Positions 9,564 through 19,162 of a DNA stretch of 64,000 nucleotides are shown here, piece after piece. Numbering within the stretch: position 1 is the first letter of the stretch; every line of letters begins with the position of its first letter. Below the pieces are notes generated by a model. That model searched no databases. It was not told the origin of the DNA and saw only the letters and a list, made by a program, of their open reading frames with translations. Position numbers and translations under genes: made by a program. Source of the DNA: Alphaproteobacteria bacterium (GTDB lineage Bacteria > Pseudomonadota > Alphaproteobacteria > CAAHEQ01 > UBA3637); assembly GCA_015062395.1 (NCBI GenBank), contig SUUS01000003.1, forward strand, positions 29,203 through 93,202. The letters run 5' to 3'.

Positions 9564-10880
9564 TTACTTTCCAATACAAAAGGACGAAAAAATAACATCC
9601 AACAAATCTTCCGTTGAAACGATACCCGTTATTTTACCCAAGGAACGCGCAGCCAACCTTAATTCTTCAGCTTTTAGTTCCAATTCTGTTTCATTTAAAG
9701 CTCTTCCTAAAGCTTCACCACATTCTTTCAAGGCTGTTTTATAGCGCAAACGTGTCAACATGACTTCGCTTGAAGAGCCCATTGTTTCAACCACTTTTTC
9801 AGTTATGGCTTGCCATAATTCATCCATACCTTGTTCATTTTTCACACTAACAGGAATACCAGAGCTTACATCGCCCTGCCCTTTATCCACTTTATTCCAA
9901 ACAAGCAATACATTATCATGATTTAAGCATGCTTTTTGTGTTTGTTCGTCTAAAATCGGTGCATTTTCAGCTAATCCCATAGCAATCACTAAACTAGCAT
10001 CTTCAACACGTTTTAAAGCACGTTTAATACCTTCTTTTTCAATTTGTTCATCAGTTTGACGCAACCCAGCTGTATCAGCAATAACAACAGGATAACCAGC
10101 TATATCCAAATAAACTTCAACAATGTCACGTGTTGTACCAGCTGTTTCAGAAACAATCGCCACATCTTTTTTAGCTAAAGCATTTAACAAACTGGATTTT
10201 CCAACATTTGGCGCACCTACAATAGCAATTTGAAAACCGTTTTTTAAGCTTTCTCCACGTCCTTTATCATCCAAATGAAGGGCTATTTTATGCAGTAATT
10301 CATGTATTTTATCATCTATTTCCAGCATTTTTTCAGATGGGATTTCTTCTTCTGGAAAATCGATAAAAGCTTCTAAATAAGCCATCGAATTAATTAAATC
10401 TAAACGCCAAGCATCGTAAATTTTTTGCAATTCGCCACCCATTTGGCGTACAGCCCAAGCCCGTTGCGCTTGAGTATCTGCGTGAATTAAGTCAATCAAA
10501 CCTTCGGCAGATGTCAAATCCATTTTATTATTGTAAACAGCTCTGCGCGTAAATTCACCTGCTTCTGCCAATCTGCAATTTTTAAAATCCGATAGTATCT
10601 GTAAAATTTTATGAATAACGGCTCTGGACCCATGACATTGAATTTCTAAAACATCTTCACCTGTAAAACTGTTGGGGTTTTGGAAATACAATGTAATTAC
10701 ATTATCTATAATTTCATTACCATCATAAATTCGATTATATTCAGCAAATCTGGGCTTTGGAGCATCTTTATGTGTTAATTTTTGAAAAACATTTAAAACT
10801 TCATCTCCTGAAATACGAATAACAGCAACACCAGCTTGACCAGCGGCACTCGACAGTGCAAAAATTGTATCTTTACTCAT
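9564..10880 (-). CDS. mnmE: tRNA modification GTPase MnmE (TrmE)
   Basis: G1 motif GAPNVGKSSLLN, DTAGLR, and the C-terminal FCIGK. Confidence 0.92.
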   Translation of the reverse strand: MSKDTIFALSSAAGQAGVAVIRISGDEVLNVFQKLTHKDAPKPRFAEYNRIYDGNEIIDNVITLYFQNPNSFTGEDVLEIQCHGSRAVIHKILQILSDFKNCRLAEAGEFTRRAVYNNKMDLTSAEGLIDLIHADTQAQRAWAVRQMGGELQKIYDAWRLDLINSMAYLEAFIDFPEEEIPSEKMLEIDDKIHELLHKIALHLDDKGRGESLKNGFQIAIVGAPNVGKSSLLNALAKKDVAIVSETAGTTRDIVEVYLDIAGYPVVIADTAGLRQTDEQIEKEGIKRALKRVEDASLVIAMGLAENAPILDEQTQKACLNHDNVLLVWNKVDKGQGDVSSGIPVSVKNEQGMDELWQAITEKVVETMGSSSEVMLTRLRYKTALKECGEALGRALNETELELKAEELRLAARSLGKITGIVSTEDLLDVIFSSFCIGK

Positions 10881-10883
10881 ATT

Positions 10884-11111
10884 TTACCCTTTTAAAGACC
10901 ACAAATAAAGCCCCATAAAAATTGCCAAAACCCATAACATAAATTGAACAGCTTTTCCACTTAATCGAAACGCCAAAACCAAACCGATTAAAACAATGAC
11001 AGAATAAATAAAAAGTGGGTGTTTTGACAAGATATTTTCCAAACTTCCCAATAAAATTCGAGCAGTTAATATATATAAAACACCAATTATACTTAAAACA
11101 AAAGCAGTCAT
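10884..11111 (-). CDS. Small two-helix membrane protein, function unknown
   Basis: 75-aa ORF with two hydrophobic helices, packed tightly (2-3 nt gaps) between rho and mnmE. Confidence 0.4.
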   Translation of the reverse strand: MTAFVLSIIGVLYILTARILLGSLENILSKHPLFIYSVIVLIGLVLAFRLSGKAVQFMLWVLAIFMGLYLWSLKG

Positions 11112-11112
11112 T

Positions 11113-12378
11113 TTATCCGTTCATTGCAATAAAAAAATCATGGTTATTTTTTGAAACTTTCAGCTTATCAATTAAAAATTCCATAGCTTCAGGTGCGCCC
11201 ATCGGCATTAAAACACGTCTTAACACCCACATTTTTGGCAATTCGTCTTTGCCAACCAGCAATTCTTCATTACGAGTCCCTGATTTTGTAATATCAATCG
11301 CAGGGAAAATGCGTTTATCAGAAACTTTTCTATCCAAAATAATTTCGCTGTTTCCTGTTCCTTTAAATTCTTCAAAAATAACTTCATCCATTCTGGAACC
11401 TGTTTCAACCAAAGCCGTTGCGATAATTGTTAAAGAGCCACCTTCTTCGATATTTCTAGCCGCACCAAAGAATCGCTTAGGTTTTTGCAATGCATTAGCA
11501 TCAACACCACCAGTCAAAACCTTACCAGAAGAGGGGATTACAGTATTATAAGCTCTGGCCAAACGTGTGATACTATCCAACAAAATGACCACATCTTTTT
11601 TATGTTCCACCAAGCGTTTAGCCTTTTCAATAACCATTTCAGCAACCTGAATATGTCTGGAAGCAGGCTCATCAAAAGTCGAAGAAATCACTTCGCCTTG
11701 AATAGAACGTTTCATATCTGTCACTTCTTCAGGTCGTTCATCAATTAACAAAACAATCAAGTGAATTTCTGGATGGTTTGCCGTAATTGCATGAGCGATA
11801 TTTTTCATCATAACCGTTTTACCTGTTCGAGGAGGTGCCACAATCATTCCCCGTTGTCCTTTACCTTGAGGGCAAATCAAGTCGATGATTCGCGCAGTCA
11901 AATCCTTGTTTTTATCGGCATTTGGCAAGTCATATTCCATTTTTAATTTTTCGTCAGGAAACAAAGGCGTTAAGTTATCAAAGTTGACGCGATAACGCAA
12001 ACCATCTGGTTCGACTCCGTTTACTGTGTTGATTTTATTCATCGAAAAGTATTTTTCGCCATTTTTAGGTGGGCGAATCTCTCCTTCCAACGTATCCCCA
12101 GTTTTTAAAGAATACCTTTTAACTTGTTGTGGAGCAATGTAAATATCGTCAGGACCAGCTAAATAGTTAGCTTCTGGAGCCCTTAAAAAACCAAAACCGT
12201 CAGGTAAAACTTCTAAAACACCTTCGCCAAACAATGCTGTTTCGGTTTCTGAAATTTGTTTTAAAATTGCGTACATTAATTCTTGTGTATTTAATGTTGA
12301 TGCATTTTCAACTTCCAATTCTTCGGCATAAGCCAATAATTCAACTGGAGATTTTTGCTTTAATTCCTTTAAATCCAT
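11113..12378 (-). CDS. rho: Transcription termination factor Rho
   Basis: N-terminus [25 protein letters not shown], a CSD-like RNA-binding region, and Walker A PPRTGKT. The likely start is the ATG at 12378; the track's 27-codon extension is implausible. Confidence 0.95.
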   Translation of the reverse strand: MDLKELKQKSPVELLAYAEELEVENASTLNTQELMYAILKQISETETALFGEGVLEVLPDGFGFLRAPEANYLAGPDDIYIAPQQVKRYSLKTGDTLEGEIRPPKNGEKYFSMNKINTVNGVEPDGLRYRVNFDNLTPLFPDEKLKMEYDLPNADKNKDLTARIIDLICPQGKGQRGMIVAPPRTGKTVMMKNIAHAITANHPEIHLIVLLIDERPEEVTDMKRSIQGEVISSTFDEPASRHIQVAEMVIEKAKRLVEHKKDVVILLDSITRLARAYNTVIPSSGKVLTGGVDANALQKPKRFFGAARNIEEGGSLTIIATALVETGSRMDEVIFEEFKGTGNSEIILDRKVSDKRIFPAIDITKSGTRNEELLVGKDELPKMWVLRRVLMPMGAPEAMEFLIDKLKVSKNNHDFFIAMNG

Positions 12379-12459
12379 AGAAAAATCCTTATAAAAAGTG
12401 GGAAATTTAAAATAACAAGTTAGACTTGTCCTGATTAGATGTTTTGCATTATAGCACAA

Positions 12460-12926
12460 AATCGTTTTTTTGTCAAGTGAATTTTAAAGCTTGTCTTTAT
12501 AAGTGCTTGTTTGACTTTGAATAAGGGTAGGGCATTTTATCCACAACCCTTTCCCTCCTATTATATATAAAATAAATATATTATTATTATTTATACCCTG
12601 TGGATAACTTGGATAACTTGCTTTTTTTTCCACATATCCACAAAGTTATCCACAATGATGTTATTTCTAACGACTCTTGAATTTATCTTAATGACAGCTG
12701 TTTTATACACAGGGAATTTTGTGATTTTGTTTTTAGGGGGCTTTTTTTGTGCAAAACTGTGTGTATTTTTTGTGTATGTTTTTGAATAACTTGTTCATAA
12801 CTTTATTTTATCCCGACTTATCCACATTATCCACAGGGCAGGGTAATTTTTAATTTTTATAAATAAGCTTGCTTTTTTTTTCTTTATATATAATATAAAT
12901 ACAACATTAACGTACGAGGTTTTTTT
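12460..12926. other. Candidate chromosomal replication origin (oriC): DnaA-box cluster plus an A/T-only tract
   Basis: Perfect TTATCCACA at 12537-12545, 12646-12654, 12818-12826 and 12827-12835, and the reverse TGTGGATAA at 12599-12607. One-mismatch ATATCCACA at 12634-12642. A 35-nt tract of only A/T at 12561-12595 lies between two boxes. This is the largest intergenic gap in the window. Confidence 0.6.
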
Positions 12927-13646
12927 ATGCGTGAAATCGTTTTCGATACAGAAACTACTGGTTTAGACCCTTATTCTGGCGACCGAATCGTTGAAATTGG
13001 CGCTGTTGAGCTGATAAATCATGTTCCAACCGGAAAAGAATACCATCAATACATCAATCCAATGCGCTCTATGAGCGAGGAAGTCGTAAAAGTACACGGA
13101 TTAACGGAAGAATTTTTGTCTGACAAGCCAACTTTTGAAGAAATTTGTGATGAATTTTTGGCTTTTATTGGCTCTGACTCTATGCTTGTGGCCCATAACG
13201 CCCCCTTTGATATGAAATTTTTGAATTGTCAATTAAAAGAGTTAAATAAACCAACAATTGGGGATGAACGAGTCGTTGATACGGTTATCATCGCTCGTAA
13301 AAAATTCCCAGGATCTCGCGTTAATTTGGATGAATTATGTCGCAGATTTAACATAGATTTATCAAAACGAACTGTTCATGGCGCTTTGTTGGACAGCCAA
13401 TTATTGGCTGATGTTTACTTGGAATTATTGGGGGGACATGAACCTGGATTATTAAATTCAGACGAAAATAATGCTTTATTTGGTGGGACTTCTGAAGATG
13501 GTTCAGTTGCAAAAGTTGAAAGAGTATTCAGACCTGCTCGAAATTTCGATATTCCAGAAGATGATTTAAAACATCATCAGGAATTTATGAAAAAAATAAA
13601 AGATGCTTTGTGGAGCGTAGATGAAAATGCAGTCGAAACAAATTAA
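12927..13646 (+). CDS. dnaQ: DNA polymerase III epsilon subunit (3'-5' proofreading exonuclease)
   Basis: Exo I FDTETTGL, Exo II HNAPFDMKFL, Exo III HGALLDSQLLADVY. Confidence 0.9.
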   Translation: MREIVFDTETTGLDPYSGDRIVEIGAVELINHVPTGKEYHQYINPMRSMSEEVVKVHGLTEEFLSDKPTFEEICDEFLAFIGSDSMLVAHNAPFDMKFLNCQLKELNKPTIGDERVVDTVIIARKKFPGSRVNLDELCRRFNIDLSKRTVHGALLDSQLLADVYLELLGGHEPGLLNSDENNALFGGTSEDGSVAKVERVFRPARNFDIPEDDLKHHQEFMKKIKDALWSVDENAVETN

Positions 13647-14124
13647 AAAATTATTATTTTTCAGTAGCTTATCGTTGGTTTTGTCAGTACCTGTTCAAGC
13701 TCAAATGATGGATTTAATGGGGGCTATGGCTGTTGGTGGTGCTCAAACAACTGGGGCCGTTAAAAGTATTGGAACAGCTAATCAAAAGCTGAAATTTATA
13801 TCGTTATTAAATGCTTTACAAATGAAAATTGCAGATATTACAATGACTTACGGTGGTGAATATCAAAATATGGTCGTCAGCAGTTTGAATGAAGGGCAAA
13901 CAAAAATTGTCTTTTATCCAGTTGAAGAAGGGCGTTATTTTGAAGCTTTCATTTCTGGCATTAATCAATCTTTATGTCAGAAATTAATCAAAACTCCATT
14001 TGATACTTTGGTTAAATACAGAATTGTCACTAACGGAACTTCCCAAACTTATCGTCCAAATGAATTACGTAATAACACAGGACTTTGTATGTTTGCCGAT
14101 GAAATGGCTTTGATTTTTCAATAA
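13621..14124 (+). CDS. Secreted protein of unknown function
   Basis: Signal peptide (LLFFSSLSLVLSVPVQA). 167 aa with two Cys in the C-terminal third. Overlaps the dnaQ 3' end by 26 nt and is followed by a terminator. Confidence 0.5.
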   Translation: MKMQSKQIKKLLFFSSLSLVLSVPVQAQMMDLMGAMAVGGAQTTGAVKSIGTANQKLKFISLLNALQMKIADITMTYGGEYQNMVVSSLNEGQTKIVFYPVEEGRYFEAFISGINQSLCQKLIKTPFDTLVKYRIVTNGTSQTYRPNELRNNTGLCMFADEMALIFQ

Positions 14125-14149
14125 TCCTGTATGCCTTTGGGAGAGGGAA

Positions 14150-14180
14150 ACGGCTCGATGAATATCGGGTCGTTTTTTTT
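14150..14180 (+). terminator. Intrinsic terminator
   Basis: 10-bp stem (14150-14159 pairs with 14164-14173, two G-U pairs), GAAT loop, then T8. Confidence 0.6.
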
Positions 14181-14266
14181 GTCAAGATAAAAATTTGCAA
14201 AAAAGTAAAATAATTTTATAGACTTTTTAAAAAAAATTGTTTAAAAATAAAATAACATTGAAAAAA

Positions 14267-14358
14267 TGTTTCACGTGAAACAAAATTGTAAAATAAAATA
14301 AAAATGTTTCACGTGAAACAATTAAAAAATAATAAAAAGGAGTGTTTCACGTGAAACA
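14267..14358. other. Three parS centromere-like sites
   Basis: The perfect 16-bp palindrome TGTTTCACGTGAAACA occurs at 14267-14282, 14305-14320 and 14343-14358. It matches the ParB-binding parS consensus tGTTNCACGTGAAACa. The sites lie upstream of and overlapping the start of rsmG-parA-parB. Confidence 0.85.
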
Positions 14359-14956
14359 ATTTATGGAATTTTCAGAAAAAACATTGGAAAAATTAAAAAT
14401 ATATGAAGATGTTTTGAAAAAATGGCAAAGTAAAATTAATTTAATTAGTAATTCTACTATCAATGATATATGGGATAGACATATATTGGATAGTGCACAG
14501 CTTTACCCTTTGATTAGTAAACAAGAACAAGTTGTTTTAGATTTAGGAAGTGGTGCTGGCTTTCCTGGTTTAGTGTTGGCTATCTTAAATCAATACGAGG
14601 GGAAGGGTAAATGGCATATTCATTTAGTTGAATCTGATGCACGTAAATGTGCTTTTATGCAAGAGGTCGCGCGTTTATGTCAATTAAATGTAAAAATACA
14701 TAACTGTCGGATTGAACAAATGCCTGAATTACAAGCTGATGTGATTACTGCCAGAGCTTTGAAAGAAACAAAAACATTGTTGCATTATGTTCAACCTTTT
14801 TTAAAGCCAGATACTGTTTGTTTGTTTTTAAAAGGTGAAAATGCAGATTTAGAGTTATCATGGGCATCTAATGAATATAGTTTTCTGGTTGAAAAATTGC
14901 CCAGTATAACACAGGGGAGTTCTATTTTAAAAATAATGGAGATAAATAATGAATAA
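14342..14956 (+). CDS. rsmG: 16S rRNA (guanine527-N7)-methyltransferase RsmG (GidB)
   Basis: SAM motif LDLGSGAGFPGLVLAI, with gidB-parA-parB synteny. The true start may be GTG 14351 or ATG 14363, because the track start lies inside parS. Confidence 0.88.
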   Translation: MFHVKQFMEFSEKTLEKLKIYEDVLKKWQSKINLISNSTINDIWDRHILDSAQLYPLISKQEQVVLDLGSGAGFPGLVLAILNQYEGKGKWHIHLVESDARKCAFMQEVARLCQLNVKIHNCRIEQMPELQADVITARALKETKTLLHYVQPFLKPDTVCLFLKGENADLELSWASNEYSFLVEKLPSITQGSSILKIMEINNE

Positions 14957-15743
14957 AAAAAGCGCACGTGTTTTTTCGATTGCTAATCAAAAAGGGGGAG
15001 TAGGTAAAACAACAACTGCTGTTAATTTAGCAACTGCTTTATCTGCTTTGCGTAAAAAAGTGTTGTTGGTGGACTTGGATGCGCAAGGTAATGCCACTGT
15101 TAGCTTGGGTTTATCTCGTCAAGGAAAAGCTCAAAATGCATATACTGTTTTAACAGGACAAGATGGAATTAAAAACTCTGTTCAAGAAACTAAAATACCT
15201 TATTTGTCAGTTTTGCCATCTTGTCGCGAATTGTTGGGTTTGGATATTGAATTGGCTAGTGTAGAGCGTCCTCAATTCTTTTTAAAAGATGCTTTGCAAG
15301 CACCTGAATTAGATTATGATTATGTTTTTATTGATTGTCCTCCAGCTGTTGGGATGTTGACAATTAATGCTTTAACAGCATCTGATGCAGTTGTTGTTCC
15401 AATTCAATGTGAATATTTAGCTTTGGAAGGTGTAGCTGATTTAATTAAAACAATTGAGCGTGTTAAGAAAAACTTTAATACAACATTAGACTTGCATGGT
15501 ATTTTGCTGACGATGTTTGATGGACGTAGTAAGTTATCTTATTCTGTTGCGGAAGACGTTAAACGTTTCTTTGGTGAAAAAGTTTATGATTCTTTTATTC
15601 CGCGTAATGTTCGAATACCTGAAGCGCCATCTCATGGTAAACCCGTTTTGCTTTATGATTATAAATGCACAGGCGCTCAAGCTTATATTCGTTTGGCTGC
15701 AGAGTTTTTAAAAAGAGAAAAAGGATTATTGAAAAATGGATAA
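14949..15743 (+). CDS. parA: Chromosome partitioning ATPase ParA (Soj)
   Basis: Deviant Walker A NQKGGVGKTTT, size of 264 aa, and an overlap with parB. Confidence 0.92.
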   Translation: MNKKSARVFSIANQKGGVGKTTTAVNLATALSALRKKVLLVDLDAQGNATVSLGLSRQGKAQNAYTVLTGQDGIKNSVQETKIPYLSVLPSCRELLGLDIELASVERPQFFLKDALQAPELDYDYVFIDCPPAVGMLTINALTASDAVVVPIQCEYLALEGVADLIKTIERVKKNFNTTLDLHGILLTMFDGRSKLSYSVAEDVKRFFGEKVYDSFIPRNVRIPEAPSHGKPVLLYDYKCTGAQAYIRLAAEFLKREKGLLKNG

Positions 15744-16635
15744 TAAAAATAGAATAGGTTTAGGTAAAGGTTTAAGTGCTATCTTGGGTGAAATTGAAGA
15801 AGAAACTACTCAAGTTTCTGCTTTGATTGAAAGAAAAGAAGTTGAAGGAATTACTTTTTTGCCAGTTGAACAACTGCAGGCTGGTAAATTTCAACCTAGA
15901 CGTGTTTTTACACAAGATATGTTGGATGATTTGATTTCTTCTATTAAAACAAAAGGAGTCTTGCAACCTTTGTTGGTGCGTCAAATAGCAAATAATCGTT
16001 TTGAAATTATCGCAGGTGAACGCAGATGGCGCGCTTCTAAAGCTGCTGGGTTGACGCAAGTGCCTGTAATTATTAAAAATTTTAATGATGAGGAAACTTT
16101 AGAAGTTTCTTTAATTGAAAATTTACAACGTCAAGATTTGAATCCTTTGGAAGAAGCTCAAGGTTATCAACGTCTTTTAGATGAATTTAATCGCACACAA
16201 GAAGAATTAGCTAAAGTTGTGGGTAAAAGCAGAAGCTATGTTGCGAATATGTTGCGTTTGTTGGATTTGCCTGATGTTGTAAAAAATTACTTAGATAATC
16301 GGCAAATTTCTGTCGGACATGCTAGAGCTTTGTTAAATGCCAAAAATCCAGAAGCTTTGGTTAAAAAAGTTGTTGACCAAGATTTAAGCGTTCGTCAAAC
16401 AGAACAGCTTGCAATGACTGAAGGTGAAAAAAAATCCAGAGCAGGGCGCTCATCATCTTCTTCGCATAAAGACCGTGATATTTTGGCTTTGGAAGCTGAA
16501 TTATCGACCATTTTAAAAACAGGTGTTTCTATTCGTTGGAATGGTAATAACGGCAAAATTGTGATTGAATGTAATTCTTTGGATAAAATTGATGTTGTTA
16601 TGCAACGTTTAACAACAGGTGGTCCTGTGGAATAA
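15736..16635 (+). CDS. parB: Chromosome partitioning protein ParB (Spo0J)
   Basis: ParB box IIAGERRWRASKAAG and HTH region ELAKVVGKSRSYVANMLRLL. Confidence 0.92.
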   Translation: MDNKNRIGLGKGLSAILGEIEEETTQVSALIERKEVEGITFLPVEQLQAGKFQPRRVFTQDMLDDLISSIKTKGVLQPLLVRQIANNRFEIIAGERRWRASKAAGLTQVPVIIKNFNDEETLEVSLIENLQRQDLNPLEEAQGYQRLLDEFNRTQEELAKVVGKSRSYVANMLRLLDLPDVVKNYLDNRQISVGHARALLNAKNPEALVKKVVDQDLSVRQTEQLAMTEGEKKSRAGRSSSSSHKDRDILALEAELSTILKTGVSIRWNGNNGKIVIECNSLDKIDVVMQRLTTGGPVE

Positions 16636-16713
16636 AAATTTATATTCCTTGCTTTATTTTATTTTTTTTGTATAATACAAGCAATTAAAATAATAAAGTA
16701 AAGGAATATAAAA

Positions 16714-18390
16714 ATGGCGTCATATCAATATATTTATGTAATGAAAGACTTGTGTAAAACTTGGCCTGGTGGTAAGGAGGTTTTAAAACATATTTGGCTT
16801 TCATTTTATCCAGGTGCTAAAATCGGTGTTTTAGGTGTCAATGGTGCTGGTAAATCTACACTGTTAAAAATTATGGCAGGGCTTGATAAAGATTATATGG
16901 GGGAAGCTTGGGCTGCAGAAGGTGTTTCCGTTGGTTATTTGGAACAAGAACCAAAATTAGACCCGACTAAAACCGTTTTGGAAAACGTTATGGATGGTGT
17001 TGCGCCTGTGCGTGATTTATTAAAACGTTTTGAAGAAGTTAATATGAAGTTTGCAGATCCTGACTGTGATATGGATGCTTTGTTGGCTGAGCAAGCTGAA
17101 TTGCAAGAAAAAATAGATGCTTGTAATGGTTGGGAAATTGAACGGACATTGGAAATAGCTATGGATGCTTTGCGTTGTCCGCCTGGTGATTGGTCTGTTG
17201 ATAAATTGTCTGGTGGTGAAAAAAGACGTGTAGCTTTATGTCGTTTATTATTATCTAAACCAGATTTGTTGTTATTAGACGAACCAACAAACCATTTGGA
17301 TGCTGAATCTGTTGAATGGTTGCAACATCATTTACGTGATTATCCTGGAACAATTGTTATGGTGACTCACGATCGTTATTTCTTGGATAACGTAACTGGT
17401 TGGATTTTAGAGTTGGACAGAGGGGAGGGAATTCCTTATGAAGGAAATTATTCTTCTTGGTTAGAGCAAAAAGAAAAACGTTTAGCTCAAGAAGAACGTG
17501 AAGAAAATGCGCGTCAACGGATGATGAAAGAAGAATTGGAATGGATCAGACAGTCTCCTAAAGCACGTCAAGCAAAATCAAAGGCACGTATCACCGCTTA
17601 TGAAGAGTTGGTTAAAAAATCTGGTGAAAAAGCGCCGACAACAGCTCAAATTATCATTCCAGTGGCTAATCGCTTGGGGGATGTTGTTTTAAAAGCAGAA
17701 GGTTTGAAAAAAGCTTTCGGTGACAAAGTGTTATTTGATGATTTGAATTTTAACTTGCCAGCAGGTGGTATCGTTGGGGTTATTGGTCCGAATGGGGCAG
17801 GTAAAACAACTTTAATGCGTATTATTACGGGTTCTGAAAAACCTGATGGAGGGACTTTAACAACGGGTTCTACTGTTGAATTGGGCTATGTTGACCAAAG
17901 CAGAGATTCTTTGAATGATAACAACACTGTTTGGCAAGAAATTTCCGATGGTAAAGACATCATTACATTGGGAAAACGTGAAATGCCATCTCGTGCTTAT
18001 GTAGCAGCCTTTAATTTTAAAGGTGGCGACCAACAAAAGAAAGTAGGGCAGTTATCTGGTGGTGAACGCAATCGTGTTCATATGGCGAAAATGCTTAAGA
18101 AAGGTGCAAATGTTATTTTATTGGATGAACCAACAAATGACTTGGATGTCGATACTTTGCGTGCATTGGAAGAAGCTTTAGCCGATTTTGCTGGATGTGC
18201 AGTGATTACATCCCATGACCGTTGGTTCTTGGACAGATTGGCTACACATATTTTAGCTTTTGAAGGTGATAGTAATGTTGTTTGGTTCGAAGGAAATTAT
18301 GAAGAATATGAAGCTGACAAACGCAGACGTTTGGGGGCTGAAGCTGAAATTCCTCACCGTATTAAATATAAAACTTTGACAAGGAACTAA
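16714..18390 (+). CDS. ettA: ABC-F translational throttle protein EttA
   Basis: Two ABC cassettes ([17 protein letters not shown] and [17 protein letters not shown]), size of 558 aa, and an EttA-type N-terminus [10 protein letters not shown]. Confidence 0.85.
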   Translation: MASYQYIYVMKDLCKTWPGGKEVLKHIWLSFYPGAKIGVLGVNGAGKSTLLKIMAGLDKDYMGEAWAAEGVSVGYLEQEPKLDPTKTVLENVMDGVAPVRDLLKRFEEVNMKFADPDCDMDALLAEQAELQEKIDACNGWEIERTLEIAMDALRCPPGDWSVDKLSGGEKRRVALCRLLLSKPDLLLLDEPTNHLDAESVEWLQHHLRDYPGTIVMVTHDRYFLDNVTGWILELDRGEGIPYEGNYSSWLEQKEKRLAQEEREENARQRMMKEELEWIRQSPKARQAKSKARITAYEELVKKSGEKAPTTAQIIIPVANRLGDVVLKAEGLKKAFGDKVLFDDLNFNLPAGGIVGVIGPNGAGKTTLMRIITGSEKPDGGTLTTGSTVELGYVDQSRDSLNDNNTVWQEISDGKDIITLGKREMPSRAYVAAFNFKGGDQQKKVGQLSGGERNRVHMAKMLKKGANVILLDEPTNDLDVDTLRALEEALADFAGCAVITSHDRWFLDRLATHILAFEGDSNVVWFEGNYEEYEADKRRRLGAEAEIPHRIKYKTLTRN

Positions 18391-18392
18391 AA

Positions 18393-19151
18393 ATGGCAAA
18401 GTTATTGCTGTTCTTACTTTTTTTATCAACTTCAGCATCTGCAAAAGTGCTTTCTTTGCCATTGAATCCACCCAGAGAGTATGACTTTCAAGACAGAGAG
18501 TATGTGTTATCTGTTCGCAAAAAAATGCTTAAACAATATCCAGCTTTTTATGCTGGTAAATATAAAAATAACAGACCTGTTTTTGAACAAATCATAGATG
18601 GCAAACCTTGGTGGGGGTTAGATGGCATGGATTGTTGGGGAAGTGGAGAACGCAGTATTGAAGGGGCTTCTGAAGAAAGTCGATTTATCGATAATCCGTT
18701 TTTATTGGTCGGGGTTGAGCAAGCTTTTGCAACCATTAGAGATGGAATTAAAACATGTCCAGGGGATTATCCTCGTCCTGATGATTTAAAATATGATACA
18801 ACAAGACGGCATTTTTCTGTTGTTTACGATGTGACAGATATGCTTTATGGTTTTACAGGAAAGAATGCACGTGATTTTGGTGTATCGTATGTTTATGCTG
18901 ATAAAGTTCGGGGCATTAAATTTAAAAATAAAAAAAATGTATCCAGTGGCGTTTATCAGTTTAAAGATTTTATTCATTTAGGGGGAAGTTGTGGCTATCC
19001 TGGGGGATGTAATAACGGGTCTCCAGAACAACCAGAGTTAGTTTTTAAAGTTTTTGAAAAAAATAGCTATATTCATTTTAAATTGTGGAAAAATAAACCT
19101 AAATCTAAAAATGATAAAGCTGATATAACGTATGAAATTTATTTTAAATAG
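18393..19151 (+). CDS. Secreted Cys-containing protein of unknown function
   Basis: Signal peptide (LLLFLLFLSTSASA). 252 aa, wedged between ettA and hisS with 2-nt and 11-nt gaps. Confidence 0.5.
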   Translation: MAKLLLFLLFLSTSASAKVLSLPLNPPREYDFQDREYVLSVRKKMLKQYPAFYAGKYKNNRPVFEQIIDGKPWWGLDGMDCWGSGERSIEGASEESRFIDNPFLLVGVEQAFATIRDGIKTCPGDYPRPDDLKYDTTRRHFSVVYDVTDMLYGFTGKNARDFGVSYVYADKVRGIKFKNKKNVSSGVYQFKDFIHLGGSCGYPGGCNNGSPEQPELVFKVFEKNSYIHFKLWKNKPKSKNDKADITYEIYFK

Positions 19152-19162
19152 GAATTAAAAAA

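Noticed and set aside
11015-11551. Long antisense ORFs inside well-supported genes (for example 488-826, 11015-11551, 31045-31320, 43775-44212, 55347-55598, 61321-61808).
   Set aside because: They are shadow ORFs opposite genes with strong motif support (znuB, rho, mtaB, mutS, dnaK). They have low-complexity or odd compositions and no RBS, which is typical of AT-rich genomes with few stop codons in the antisense frame.
12379-12459. N-terminal extensions in the ORF track for rho (to 12459), anmK (to 31072), ampG (from 41880), the 475-aa ANK gene (to 39021) and the cNMP gene (from 35898).
   Set aside because: The extensions add non-conserved residues ahead of canonical N-termini, lack an RBS, and overlap promoters or neighbouring genes. 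Internal ATGs with good RBS spacing fit better.
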